Source: an uncultured bacterium
GTDB lineage: Bacteria; Armatimonadota; HRBIN16
Reading direction: 5' to 3'
DNA: 59,444 bases
Assembly: GCA_964535125.1 (NCBI GenBank)
Contig: CAZHSN010000002.1
Span: 1-59,444, forward strand
Shown: positions 29,569 to 37,472 of the stretch, in pieces
Layout of the letters: each line of letters starts with the position of its first letter
How positions within the stretch are numbered: the first letter of the stretch is position 1
Notes under the pieces: model-generated
What the model saw: the letters and a program-made list of their open reading frames with translations, nothing else
The model's database searches: none
Told to the model about the DNA's origin: nothing
Program-made: the position numbers and the translations under genes

Positions 29569-29924
29569 GTCCTGTCTGCTGTGCAGACTGTCATAAAACC
29601 CTTGATCGCATCCCGCTCTGGTTGGAGACGGTGAATGTGGTGTTTGTCTGCGAAGACTGCAGACAGAAGCACCGCGCCCCGGTAAAAGCGCGCGCCATGA
29701 TGGACATGGATCCCATCGTGGATGATGAAGCCGTTGCCGATATTGATGTGGCGCCCGAGGTGGAGCCGGAAGCCACCGTATCACTGGAAGTTCTTGCGGA
29801 GCAAGAAAACCGAGACGCTGACACCGCTGATGCCAATGAGGGCGACGGTGAGGGCGAGGATGCGGACGTCGATCTGGATGTTATCCTGACAGACGATGAC
29901 GGCGCCGACACCGACGACATCTGA
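29565..29924 (+). CDS. Small zinc-ribbon-like protein with an extremely acidic tail, hypothetical
   Basis: N-terminus MSPVCCADCHKTL...VFVCEDCRQKH (CxxC...CxxC). The C-terminal ~70 aa are Asp/Glu-rich (DADTADANEGDGEGEDADVDLDVILTDDDGADTDDI). Good RBS and translational coupling to the upstream gene. Confidence 0.55.
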   Translation: MSPVCCADCHKTLDRIPLWLETVNVVFVCEDCRQKHRAPVKARAMMDMDPIVDDEAVADIDVAPEVEPEATVSLEVLAEQENRDADTADANEGDGEGEDADVDLDVILTDDDGADTDDI

Positions 29925-29937
29925 TCGGGTCTGACTG

Positions 29938-30798
29938 ATGGCACACGCATCCGGCATGGTGGACACGCACACCCACATCCTGCATGGCGTGGATGACGGA
30001 TGTGTCGATCTGGACGCTGCGCTGGAGATGGCCCGGCAGGCCCATACCAAAGGCGTCACCGGCATCTGCGCCACACCTCATCTGTTGTGGAAAGACCGCG
30101 AACCGCTGGACTCCGGAGAGATCGGCGAACTGCTGGAAGAACTGCAGGAGTTCCTGACGTTGAACCGTTGTCCGGTTCATGTGTACGCCGGGTGCGAGAT
30201 TCCTTTGGAACTGGATCTGGTCCCGGAAGTGACCGCAGGTCGATGGGCGTCATATGGCGGTCACGGTAAAGCTGTTCTGGTGGAACCCCCGTTTGAATCC
30301 TTTCCGGATAACGGGTTGGATAAGTTGCGGGAACTGATGTCAGCCGGGATCCAGCCTGTACTGGCGCATCCGGAGCGATGCCGGTGGTTTCAGGAAGACC
30401 ATCGCCGTTTTGACCAGGCTGTGAATACCGGTGCGTTGCTTCAGGTTACCGTCTCATCGCTGCGTGCGGACCGTGCGTCTAAACCCGTGTATGATGCAGC
30501 GATGTTCCTGCTGCAGGAGGGGTTGTGCGGTGTGGTGGCTTCCGACGCGCACAATACGCGCAGCAGAGGCATAGAGATGGATCGCGGGGCTGAGATACTG
30601 AGTCAGTTGGTGAACGACCGTGTTTCCAGCCTGCTCACTCAAACGGTACCCACCTGGCTGGTTACCGGCCAACCGGTGAATCACAGCGAGATCTACGACA
30701 GTTACCGGTCTGCAGGCGATGACGCCGAGTCGGGCGGATGGCTGCAACGTCTGCTGGGCCGGTTTAGAAAGCGACGTCCCACTGATGACGACTGGTGA
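29938..30798 (+). CDS. CpsB/CapC-type PHP-family protein-tyrosine phosphatase (polysaccharide biosynthesis regulator)
   Basis: MVDTHTHILHGVDDGCVDLDAALEMARQAHTKGVTGICATPH, plus LAHPERC and ASDAHN motifs. The start may be ATG 29956. Confidence 0.75.
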   Translation: MAHASGMVDTHTHILHGVDDGCVDLDAALEMARQAHTKGVTGICATPHLLWKDREPLDSGEIGELLEELQEFLTLNRCPVHVYAGCEIPLELDLVPEVTAGRWASYGGHGKAVLVEPPFESFPDNGLDKLRELMSAGIQPVLAHPERCRWFQEDHRRFDQAVNTGALLQVTVSSLRADRASKPVYDAAMFLLQEGLCGVVASDAHNTRSRGIEMDRGAEILSQLVNDRVSSLLTQTVPTWLVTGQPVNHSEIYDSYRSAGDDAESGGWLQRLLGRFRKRRPTDDDW

Positions 30799-32056
30799 GC
30801 CGCCTGTAGAGGTTCTGCCCAACGGTAAAGGCATTCTGATATTAGTCGAAAACCTGCCGGTTCCGTTCGACCGCAGGGTCTGGATGGAGGCGACCACGCT
30901 GCGGCAGGCCGGTTTCCATGTGTCGGTGATCTCTCCCAGAGAACCCGGCGATAAGCCTGTGGATGTGATTGAGGGGGTGCATGTATACCGCTACCGGATG
31001 CCTCCCCCCACCCGCGGTGTGATCAGTTTCATCTATGAATTCATCTACTGTTGGCTGATGACGTTCTGGCTGTCCTTGGTGGTCTGGCGGCGCGAAGGGT
31101 TCGATGCTGTCCATGCGTGCAATCCGCCGGATACCTTCTGGATCATCGGACGGTTCTACCAACTGTTCGGCAAGCGGTATGTCTTCGACCACCACGACAT
31201 AAACCCCGAGATTTACGAGGAGCGTTTCCGGCGTAGAGGATGGGTGTACAACGTGCTGTTGTGGCTGGAGCGGATGCAGTTCGCCACGGCCGACCGGGTG
31301 ATTTCGACCAATGAGTCATATAGAGAAATCGCCATTACGCGTGGTCGCTGTCAACCCGATCTCGTGACTGTTGTCCGCAGCGGGCCGGATCTGAGCCGTT
31401 TTGTCCGGCGTGCACCTAACCCGGCGTACCGGAACGGAAGGCGATTCCTGGTGGTGTATCTGGGGGTGATCGGACCTCAGGACGGGTTGGACTACCTGCT
31501 CCGCTCTGTCAACCACATTGCACGCGAGATGGAGCGCCATGATATTCAGTTCTTGATTGTGGGCGGCGGCGACTGGTTGCCGGATATACAGCGTATGTGC
31601 GAGTCACTGGAACTGAACGATCGGGTGCAGTTCACCGGTTTTCTGACAGGCGACGCCTTGTTGGAAGCGCTGTCCACTGCGGATGCAGCGGTTGTCCCCG
31701 ACCCGCGCAATCCTTTGAATGATAACTCGACGAAGAACAAGGTGATCGAATATATGGCGTTAGGGATCCCGATGGTGACGTTTGAACTGAAGGAGACCCG
31801 CTACAGCGCCGGTGAGTACGCGGTGTATGTGACGCCAAATGATGAGATCGAATTCGCGCAAAAGCTGGTCGAGTTGCTTGACAACCCGGACCGCCGAGAC
31901 CAGATCGCGCAGGGTGGTATCGAGCGGGTGCGTGAACGTCTGGCGTGGTCTTTCAGCCGCAGAAAGTTGATTGATCTGTACTGCGGTCTGTTGAAAGTGC
32001 CGGCGCCAGTCGAGTATCCAACCGACAGATCGGTGGAACAGGCGGGTGTGCGATGA
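30785..32056 (+). CDS. Glycosyltransferase family 4 (GT-B)
   Basis: GILILVENLPVPFDRRVWMEATTLRQAGFHVSVISP, and a C-terminal EX7E-type region NSTKNKVIEYMALGIPMV. ATG 30785 overlaps the end of the CpsB gene. The stop overlaps the next start (ATGA). Confidence 0.8.
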   Translation: MTTGEPPVEVLPNGKGILILVENLPVPFDRRVWMEATTLRQAGFHVSVISPREPGDKPVDVIEGVHVYRYRMPPPTRGVISFIYEFIYCWLMTFWLSLVVWRREGFDAVHACNPPDTFWIIGRFYQLFGKRYVFDHHDINPEIYEERFRRRGWVYNVLLWLERMQFATADRVISTNESYREIAITRGRCQPDLVTVVRSGPDLSRFVRRAPNPAYRNGRRFLVVYLGVIGPQDGLDYLLRSVNHIAREMERHDIQFLIVGGGDWLPDIQRMCESLELNDRVQFTGFLTGDALLEALSTADAAVVPDPRNPLNDNSTKNKVIEYMALGIPMVTFELKETRYSAGEYAVYVTPNDEIEFAQKLVELLDNPDRRDQIAQGGIERVRERLAWSFSRRKLIDLYCGLLKVPAPVEYPTDRSVEQAGVR

Positions 32057-32565
32057 TCGTAGGTATCATGAGCGACAGTCACGACCGGATGGAGATGATC
32101 CGCGCGGCGATGGCAGCGTTCCGCAACGCCCGCGTGGACCGAATCATCCACGCAGGAGACTTTGTCGCGCCGTTTGCCGTGCGGGCGATGCGCAGCGCGC
32201 CGGCTCCGGTGTTCGGCGTGCTGGGAAACAACGATGGAGAGCATCAGGGCCTTCAGGCCGCTTTTGATGAGATCGGCGGAACACTGGCTAAGTCAGTTGC
32301 ATGGCTTGATCTGGAAGGCCGCCGTGTCGCGGTCATGCATGAGGACTTCTGGCTGCATCGCGACGCCGATCTGCGCGATGCGAAGGCCGATTTGGCGATA
32401 TACGGCCATACGCATCAACTGGACTGCAGCACCAGAGGCAATATGCTGATCGTCAATCCCGGCGAAGTATGCGGCTACGTCAGCCGTCGGGCCACTGTGG
32501 TGGTGATGCGGCTGCCGGAAATGCAGTATGAAGTGATTGATCTACTGCCAGGCGGAATGCAGTGA
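32053..32565 (+). CDS. YfcE/MJ0936-family metallophosphoesterase
   Basis: MIVGIMSDSHDRMEMI...IIHAGDFV...VLGNNDGE...IYGHTHQ. This is the calcineurin-like phosphoesterase motif set. Confidence 0.8.
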   Translation: MIVGIMSDSHDRMEMIRAAMAAFRNARVDRIIHAGDFVAPFAVRAMRSAPAPVFGVLGNNDGEHQGLQAAFDEIGGTLAKSVAWLDLEGRRVAVMHEDFWLHRDADLRDAKADLAIYGHTHQLDCSTRGNMLIVNPGEVCGYVSRRATVVVMRLPEMQYEVIDLLPGGMQ

Positions 32566-33176
32566 TGCGTACCGGTCGATTGCTGGTGGTGTCCGGTCCC
32601 AGCGGTGTCGGCAAAGACACAGTGCTGCAGCGCGTGTATTCCGTACTGTCAGGAGTCCGGCAATCGGTGAGCGCCACGACACGGCAGCCTCGGGAGGGGG
32701 AGATCGACGGCGTCGACTACACCTTTCTGAGCGACGAGGCGTTTACAGACTACGTCCACAGCGATGCGTTTCTGGAGTGGAAGCAGTACAGCGCTCATCG
32801 GTATGGAACATTGCGGGCGCCGGTCGATGCGTGGCGCGTCCGGGGGCTGGACGTCGTGTTGAAGATCGAAGTCAACGGCGCATTGGATGTGCGTGCCCGC
32901 CATCCCGACTGTGTGCTGGTGTTCATTGCGCCACCGCGGTTGAGCCTGGAAACGCTGCGCGAACGGTTGGAACGCCGTGGCAGTGATGATCCGGACGCTG
33001 TTGCCCGGCGCCTGGATATCGCCCGCTGGGAGATGGAGCACATCCATCTGTATGACTACGTCATTGAGAACGACGTGCTGGATGAAGCGGTGGACGCACT
33101 GCGCAGCATCATCGTGGCGGAGCGTCATCGGCCCGGTGTTGTCACAGGCGACGCAAGCGGAGTTGCTGTACCATGA
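32562..33176 (+). CDS. gmk: Guanylate kinase
   Basis: LLVVSGPSGVGKDTV P-loop, TTRQPREGEIDGVDYTF, and YGT. The start is GTG 32562 or ATG 32565, overlapping the upstream stop. Confidence 0.9.
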   Translation: MMRTGRLLVVSGPSGVGKDTVLQRVYSVLSGVRQSVSATTRQPREGEIDGVDYTFLSDEAFTDYVHSDAFLEWKQYSAHRYGTLRAPVDAWRVRGLDVVLKIEVNGALDVRARHPDCVLVFIAPPRLSLETLRERLERRGSDDPDAVARRLDIARWEMEHIHLYDYVIENDVLDEAVDALRSIIVAERHRPGVVTGDASGVAVP

Positions 33177-34399
33177 ACGACGCACTGACCCTTCAGGGGC
33201 GACGTGTTCTACTGGGAGTGACCGGCAGCATCGCCGCCTACCGCGCCGCCGAGTTGGCGAGCGCTCTGGTGAAGCGCGGCGCACAAGTCGACACCGTACT
33301 GACGGCCCATGCGCTGCGGTTTATCGGCCCGGATACATTCCGTGCGCTGACCCGGCGTCCTCCGTTGACCGACCTGTTTGATGAGCCCGAGGATCACGCG
33401 ATCGCACATATCGAACTGGCGCGCGATGCCGATGTGATGGTGATCGCTCCAGCCACAGCCAACATCATCGCCAAGATCGCCTCTGGTATCGCCGATGATC
33501 TCCTGTCAACCATGGCGTTGGTTCCTTCCGGTCCCCGTCTGATAGCACCCGCGATGAACACCCGGATGTGGGAAAATCCGATCACCCAACGCAACGTGCG
33601 CGTGCTTCAGGACCATGGATGGCAGATCATAGAGCCGGCCGGAGGCTGGCTTGCCTGCGGCGAGCAGGGCGCCGGGCGGCTGGCCGACATGGAGACGCTG
33701 CTCGCGGCGATCGACGCGCTATGGCAGCGCCCTTGGGCGGGTATACGCGTGCTGGTCTCGGCCGGTCCCACCGTTGAACCGATTGATCCGGTGCGCCATA
33801 TATCCAATCGATCGTCAGGCAAGATGGGATACGCGATTGCCGCCCGTGCTGCGGAGCTGGGGGCGCGTGTCACCCTGGTGAGCGGCCCCGTGGCTTTAAC
33901 GGCGCCGCGGGGCGTGCAGATCCTCCGTGTCCACACCGTTGAACAGATGATGCAAGCTGTACACGAGCAGTTCCCGTCGACAGACCTGTTTATCTCCGCT
34001 GCCGCTCCGGCCGACTACCGAGTTGCATCGCCAGAAGAGCGCAAGCATAAGAAGGAAACTGGCAACTGGACACTTCAGCTTGAGCCAACTCCGGACATTC
34101 TGCGGTCGCTGAGTGCCTTGCGCACGCACCAGGTTGTGGTGGGGTTCGCAGCAGAGACGGATGATGTGGAGACTGGCGCCAGGCGGAAGCTGGCAGAGAA
34201 GCCGTTGGATCTGATCGTTGCGAACGACGTGAGTGAGCCCGGCAGCGGTTTCGATGTGGACACCAACCGGGTCACACTGATCTGGGCGGATGGGCGGACC
34301 GACGCTTGGCAACAGATGAGCAAGCGGTCCGTCGCCGCTGGTCTATTGGATCGGCTGCTGCCTCTGGTCAGGGAGCGTCAATCGCCTTCTGTTCGATGA
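33173..34399 (+). CDS. coaBC: Bifunctional phosphopantothenoylcysteine decarboxylase / phosphopantothenate-cysteine ligase
   Basis: N-terminal flavoprotein domain LLGVTGSIAAYRAAELASALVKRG...PAMNTRMW. C-terminal DFP domain SAGPTVEPIDPVRHISNRSSGKMG. ATGA overlap with gmk. Confidence 0.9.
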   Translation: MNDALTLQGRRVLLGVTGSIAAYRAAELASALVKRGAQVDTVLTAHALRFIGPDTFRALTRRPPLTDLFDEPEDHAIAHIELARDADVMVIAPATANIIAKIASGIADDLLSTMALVPSGPRLIAPAMNTRMWENPITQRNVRVLQDHGWQIIEPAGGWLACGEQGAGRLADMETLLAAIDALWQRPWAGIRVLVSAGPTVEPIDPVRHISNRSSGKMGYAIAARAAELGARVTLVSGPVALTAPRGVQILRVHTVEQMMQAVHEQFPSTDLFISAAAPADYRVASPEERKHKKETGNWTLQLEPTPDILRSLSALRTHQVVVGFAAETDDVETGARRKLAEKPLDLIVANDVSEPGSGFDVDTNRVTLIWADGRTDAWQQMSKRSVAAGLLDRLLPLVRERQSPSVR

Positions 34400-34568
34400 C
34401 GCGTTGCCCGGCTGGCAGTCCGGACGCTTGGTCCGTTGCCGTCACCCACAACGCATATGCGGCGAAAAGAACCAGCACCGCAACAACCAGCCAGGCCAGC
34501 CAAGCTGGGAACCGTAGAGTGTCTGGCTCTGTATCAACAGATCGTGGTTTCATGCCATCAGTATACAC
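34368..34568 (-). CDS. Possible small single-TM membrane protein (66 aa), low confidence
   Basis: ORF with a clear hydrophobic helix AWLAWLVVAVLVLFAAYALWV. It is convergent with coaBC and overlaps its 3' end by 32 nt. No homology recognised. Confidence 0.3.
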   Translation of the reverse strand: MYTDGMKPRSVDTEPDTLRFPAWLAWLVVAVLVLFAAYALWVTATDQASGLPAGQRVIEQKAIDAP

Positions 34569-34617
34569 GCAGCATCTGTTAGGATGTCAGACATTCGTTC
34601 CTGCTAGGTGTGACGGG

Positions 34618-34623
34618 TAGAAT
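34618..34623 (+). promoter_or_regulatory. Candidate -10 element upstream of def
   Basis: TAGAAT lies 19 nt upstream of the def ATG. There is no convincing -35 element (TTCGTT at best). Confidence 0.25.
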
Positions 34624-34641
34624 AGGTCGGGGGAAACTTCA

Positions 34642-35184
34642 ATGGATTTCAACGCAGAACTGTTCCGGGTGGATGATGACTACCCGGTGCGCATATATGG
34701 CGACCCGGTGTTGCGGCAGAAGGCGGCGCCTGTGGTTCGCATGAGTGGCGAGGTGCGGCGGCTGATCGCCGACATGAAACGCATCATGCACGAGGCAAAC
34801 GGAGTGGGTTTGGCTGCGCCGCAAGTCGGCGTGTCAAAACGTGTGATTATCTATACCGATTTCACCGATGAGGAGCATCCGGTTCCTCGTGCGCTGATTG
34901 ACCCGGTTATCATCAAGACCGGAGAGCAGCAGGAGGAGATAGAAGAAGGGTGACTCTCGCTGCCTCGCTTGCGGGGCATGGTGACCCGACCGGCCGATAT
35001 CTGGGTCAAGGCGTTGAACGAGCAGGCCCGTCCGGTGCGTTTTCGCGCCACCGGTATGAACGCCCGGGTTTTACAACATGAAATGGACCATCTGGATGGG
35101 GTGCTGTTTATTGATCGGGCTGATCCGGATACGCTGCGTTTCCTGACTCCGGAAGAACTGGCCGATCCGGCATACGCTGACTGA
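34642..35184 (+). CDS. def: Peptide deformylase interrupted by one in-frame TGA (34951-34953) at the EGCLS metal-ligand Cys codon; either a selenocysteine candidate or a pseudogene/sequencing error
   Basis: The track ORFs 34642..34953 and 34969..35184 are in the same frame. The joined product carries all three PDF motifs: GVGLAAPQVG, EEG-[TGA]-LSLP and QHEMDHLDG. It overlaps the fmt start by 1 nt (TGATG). Confidence 0.85.
34960..34980 (+). other. GC-rich hairpin 9-11 nt downstream of the in-frame UGA of def (possible bacterial SECIS position)
   Basis: GCCUCG (34962-34967) pairs with CGGGGC (34972-34977) around a CUUG loop, with one G-U pair. The stem can be extended by U-A and by a C-G pair across a bulged U. 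SelB-binding features cannot be verified by eye. Confidence 0.35.
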
Positions 35185-36107
35185 TGACACGCGTGTTGTT
35201 CTTTGGCACCTCGGCGTTCGCGGCTCCAAGTCTGCAGGCGCTGGTGGACTGCGGGTATGCCGTACAGGTGGTGACCCAGCCGGACCGACCCACCGGACGC
35301 GGTTTACGCCTGTCTCCCTCTCCAGTCAAGCAAGCGGCGGTTCAGTTGGGATTGTGTGTGCTTCAACCGGAGCGATGCCGGCGCAAGTCATTCGTCGATG
35401 AGGCAGCCAGGTTCGCTCCCGACATCATCGTCACGGCGGCATATGGTCAGATACTGAGCCGCAGGCTGTTGGATTTACCGACGACCGGGGCGGCGCTGAA
35501 CGTCCATGCCTCGCTGTTACCCCGATGGCGCGGGGCGGCGCCGATCCACCATGCACTGCTGGCCGGTGACTGTGAGACAGGTGTCACCATTATGCAGATG
35601 GTGGAAGAACTGGATGCCGGCCCTGTGTATGCCTGCCGGAAACGCCCCATTGAGTGCGACAGTGACACGGGCTCGCTAGAGGCGTTGCTCGCCCACGACG
35701 GTGCGGAACTGCTGCGCGAGGTGCTGAGTCAACTGCCTGATGGACTCCACCCGACGCCCCAACCGGATGATGGCGTGACGTATGCGCCTCCGATAGGGCC
35801 TGCGGATGCTGAGATCCATTGGAGTGAGTCGGCGCTGCGTTGTCTGGGACGTGTGCGTGCAATGGCGCCGCGCCCCGGCGCCCGGTTTATGCATCGCGGC
35901 CGCGGTGTCAAGCTGTGGAAGGCGCAGATCGCTCCCGTATCCGGCGATGCGGGTTGTGTCATCGGCATACACCCGGAAGGGCTTGTGATTGCCTGCGGTG
36001 AAGAGAGCCTGGTCTTGCAGCAAGTGCAGCCCGATGGCCGGCCCAAGATGAGCGCACTGGACTGGGCGAATGGCGTGCGGCTCCGGGCGCATGACCGGCT
36101 GGGTTGA
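35184..36107 (+). CDS. fmt: Methionyl-tRNA formyltransferase
   Basis: MTRVLFFGTSAFAAPSLQAL...VVTQPDRPTGRG...NVHASLLPRWRGAAPIH. 307 aa. Confidence 0.9.
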   Translation: MTRVLFFGTSAFAAPSLQALVDCGYAVQVVTQPDRPTGRGLRLSPSPVKQAAVQLGLCVLQPERCRRKSFVDEAARFAPDIIVTAAYGQILSRRLLDLPTTGAALNVHASLLPRWRGAAPIHHALLAGDCETGVTIMQMVEELDAGPVYACRKRPIECDSDTGSLEALLAHDGAELLREVLSQLPDGLHPTPQPDDGVTYAPPIGPADAEIHWSESALRCLGRVRAMAPRPGARFMHRGRGVKLWKAQIAPVSGDAGCVIGIHPEGLVIACGEESLVLQQVQPDGRPKMSALDWANGVRLRAHDRLG

Positions 36108-36143
36108 TAAATGGTCGTCTGACGGTTGAAGGGAGCCATGCAT

Positions 36144-37472
36144 ATGGATAACGCGCAGAACAACAGGTCATATATTCGGTTGGATCACGAGCTGTTCACG
36201 CTGCCCAACGGGTTGCGCGTGGTGCTGTCACCGGATGCATCCGCACCCGTGGGAGCGGTAGTGGTGTTGTATGACGTCGGCGCCCGCAACGAACCGGAAG
36301 GGCGGACCGGTTTCGCGCATCTGTTCGAGCACATGATGTTCCAAGGTTCGGAGTGCGTACCCAAAGGGGAGTTCTTTGCGCGCGTAGAGGAAGCCGGCGG
36401 TGTGCTGAACGGCGGCACCAGCAGCGATATGACCATCTACTACGAGTCCGTTCCTGGCCACCAAGTGGAACTCGCGTTGTGGCTGGAAGCGGACCGTATG
36501 CGTGCGTTGCAGGTGAACCAGGAAAACCTGGACAACCAGCGCGACGTGGTGAAGGAAGAAAAGCGGCTGCGGTATGACAACCAACCCTATAACTGGGCGC
36601 TGATGGGGTTGCTGTATGAGAAGGCGTTTGATAACTTCGCGAACGGGCACTCTGTGATCGGTTCGATGGAAGACCTGGACGCCGCGTCACTGGAGTATGT
36701 TCAGTGGTTCTGGCGTACCTATTACGCACCCAACAACGCGATTCTGGTGGTCGCTGGCGATATTGATGCGGCTCAGTGCCGGCAATGGGTGGAAACCTAT
36801 TACGGGGGCATCGCCGCACAGCCGCTGCCGACCCCGCCCCACTTCGATGAAGCGGGGCGCACATCGCCGGTCCACATCAGCTATCTGGATCCGCTTGCCA
36901 TCGAACCGGCAGTCGCTGTGGCTTGGCAGGCGCCCCCGCGCACCCATCCGGATATGACCGCGTTGAACATGGGTTACACCCTGCTGGCCGAAGGGGACGC
37001 CTCACGCCTGTACCAACGGCTGGTCAAGCAGGACCGGTCCTGTTCGACGATGTTCAGCTGGCTGGACGCACGTCGGGGGCCCAGCCTGACCGTGATTGCC
37101 GGTGTATACAAGTCCGAGTTTTCCGCAGAACAGATCGAAGCTGCAGTGCTGGATGAAGCCGAACGGCTGGCGCAACACGGTCCCACTGAGGCTGAGATGG
37201 ACCGCATACGCAATATGATGTTGTACCTGCGGCTGAGACACGGATCGGTGGGTATGGGTGACCTGCAGACACCGTTGGGACGGGCAATTGAACTGGCTGA
37301 CAATCTGTTAGTGTACGGTGACCCGGCACACACAAACCGGGACATCGAACAGATACAAGCGGTCTCGGCCGCTGATGTACAGCGTGCGGTGCAACGATGG
37401 ATGCATCCGGACCAGCGCACGGTACTGTGCATTGAACCCGGAGCGTCGGCAGCGGAGGGAGAAGACGAATGA
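36144..37472 (+). CDS. M16-family zinc peptidase (pitrilysin/insulinase-like), active-site subunit
   Basis: The inverted zincin motif HLFEHMMFQGSE (HxxEH) is present. ATG 36144 has the best RBS spacing (GGGAG 8 nt upstream). The track ORF begins at TTG 36126. Confidence 0.8.
   Translation: MDNAQNNRSYIRLDHELFTLPNGLRVVLSPDASAPVGAVVVLYDVGARNEPEGRTGFAHLFEHMMFQGSECVPKGEFFARVEEAGGVLNGGTSSDMTIYYESVPGHQVELALWLEADRMRALQVNQENLDNQRDVVKEEKRLRYDNQPYNWALMGLLYEKAFDNFANGHSVIGSMEDLDAASLEYVQWFWRTYYAPNNAILVVAGDIDAAQCRQWVETYYGGIAAQPLPTPPHFDEAGRTSPVHISYLDPLAIEPAVAVAWQAPPRTHPDMTALNMGYTLLAEGDASRLYQRLVKQDRSCSTMFSWLDARRGPSLTVIAGVYKSEFSAEQIEAAVLDEAERLAQHGPTEAEMDRIRNMMLYLRLRHGSVGMGDLQTPLGRAIELADNLLVYGDPAHTNRDIEQIQAVSAADVQRAVQRWMHPDQRTVLCIEPGASAAEGEDE

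Noticed and set aside
29760-29924. Asp/Glu-rich coding stretch considered as a DNA-level tandem repeat or Ca-binding RTX-like repeat
   Set aside because: There is no regular nucleotide or peptide period. It is compositional bias (an acidic disordered tail) rather than a defined repeat.
34951-34953. Possibility that TGA is globally reassigned (for example to Gly or Trp) in this organism
   Set aside because: TGA terminates many well-defined genes here at family-typical lengths and forms the ATGA coupling junctions. A genome-wide reassignment is therefore inconsistent with the window. Only site-specific recoding (Sec) or an error or pseudogene remains.
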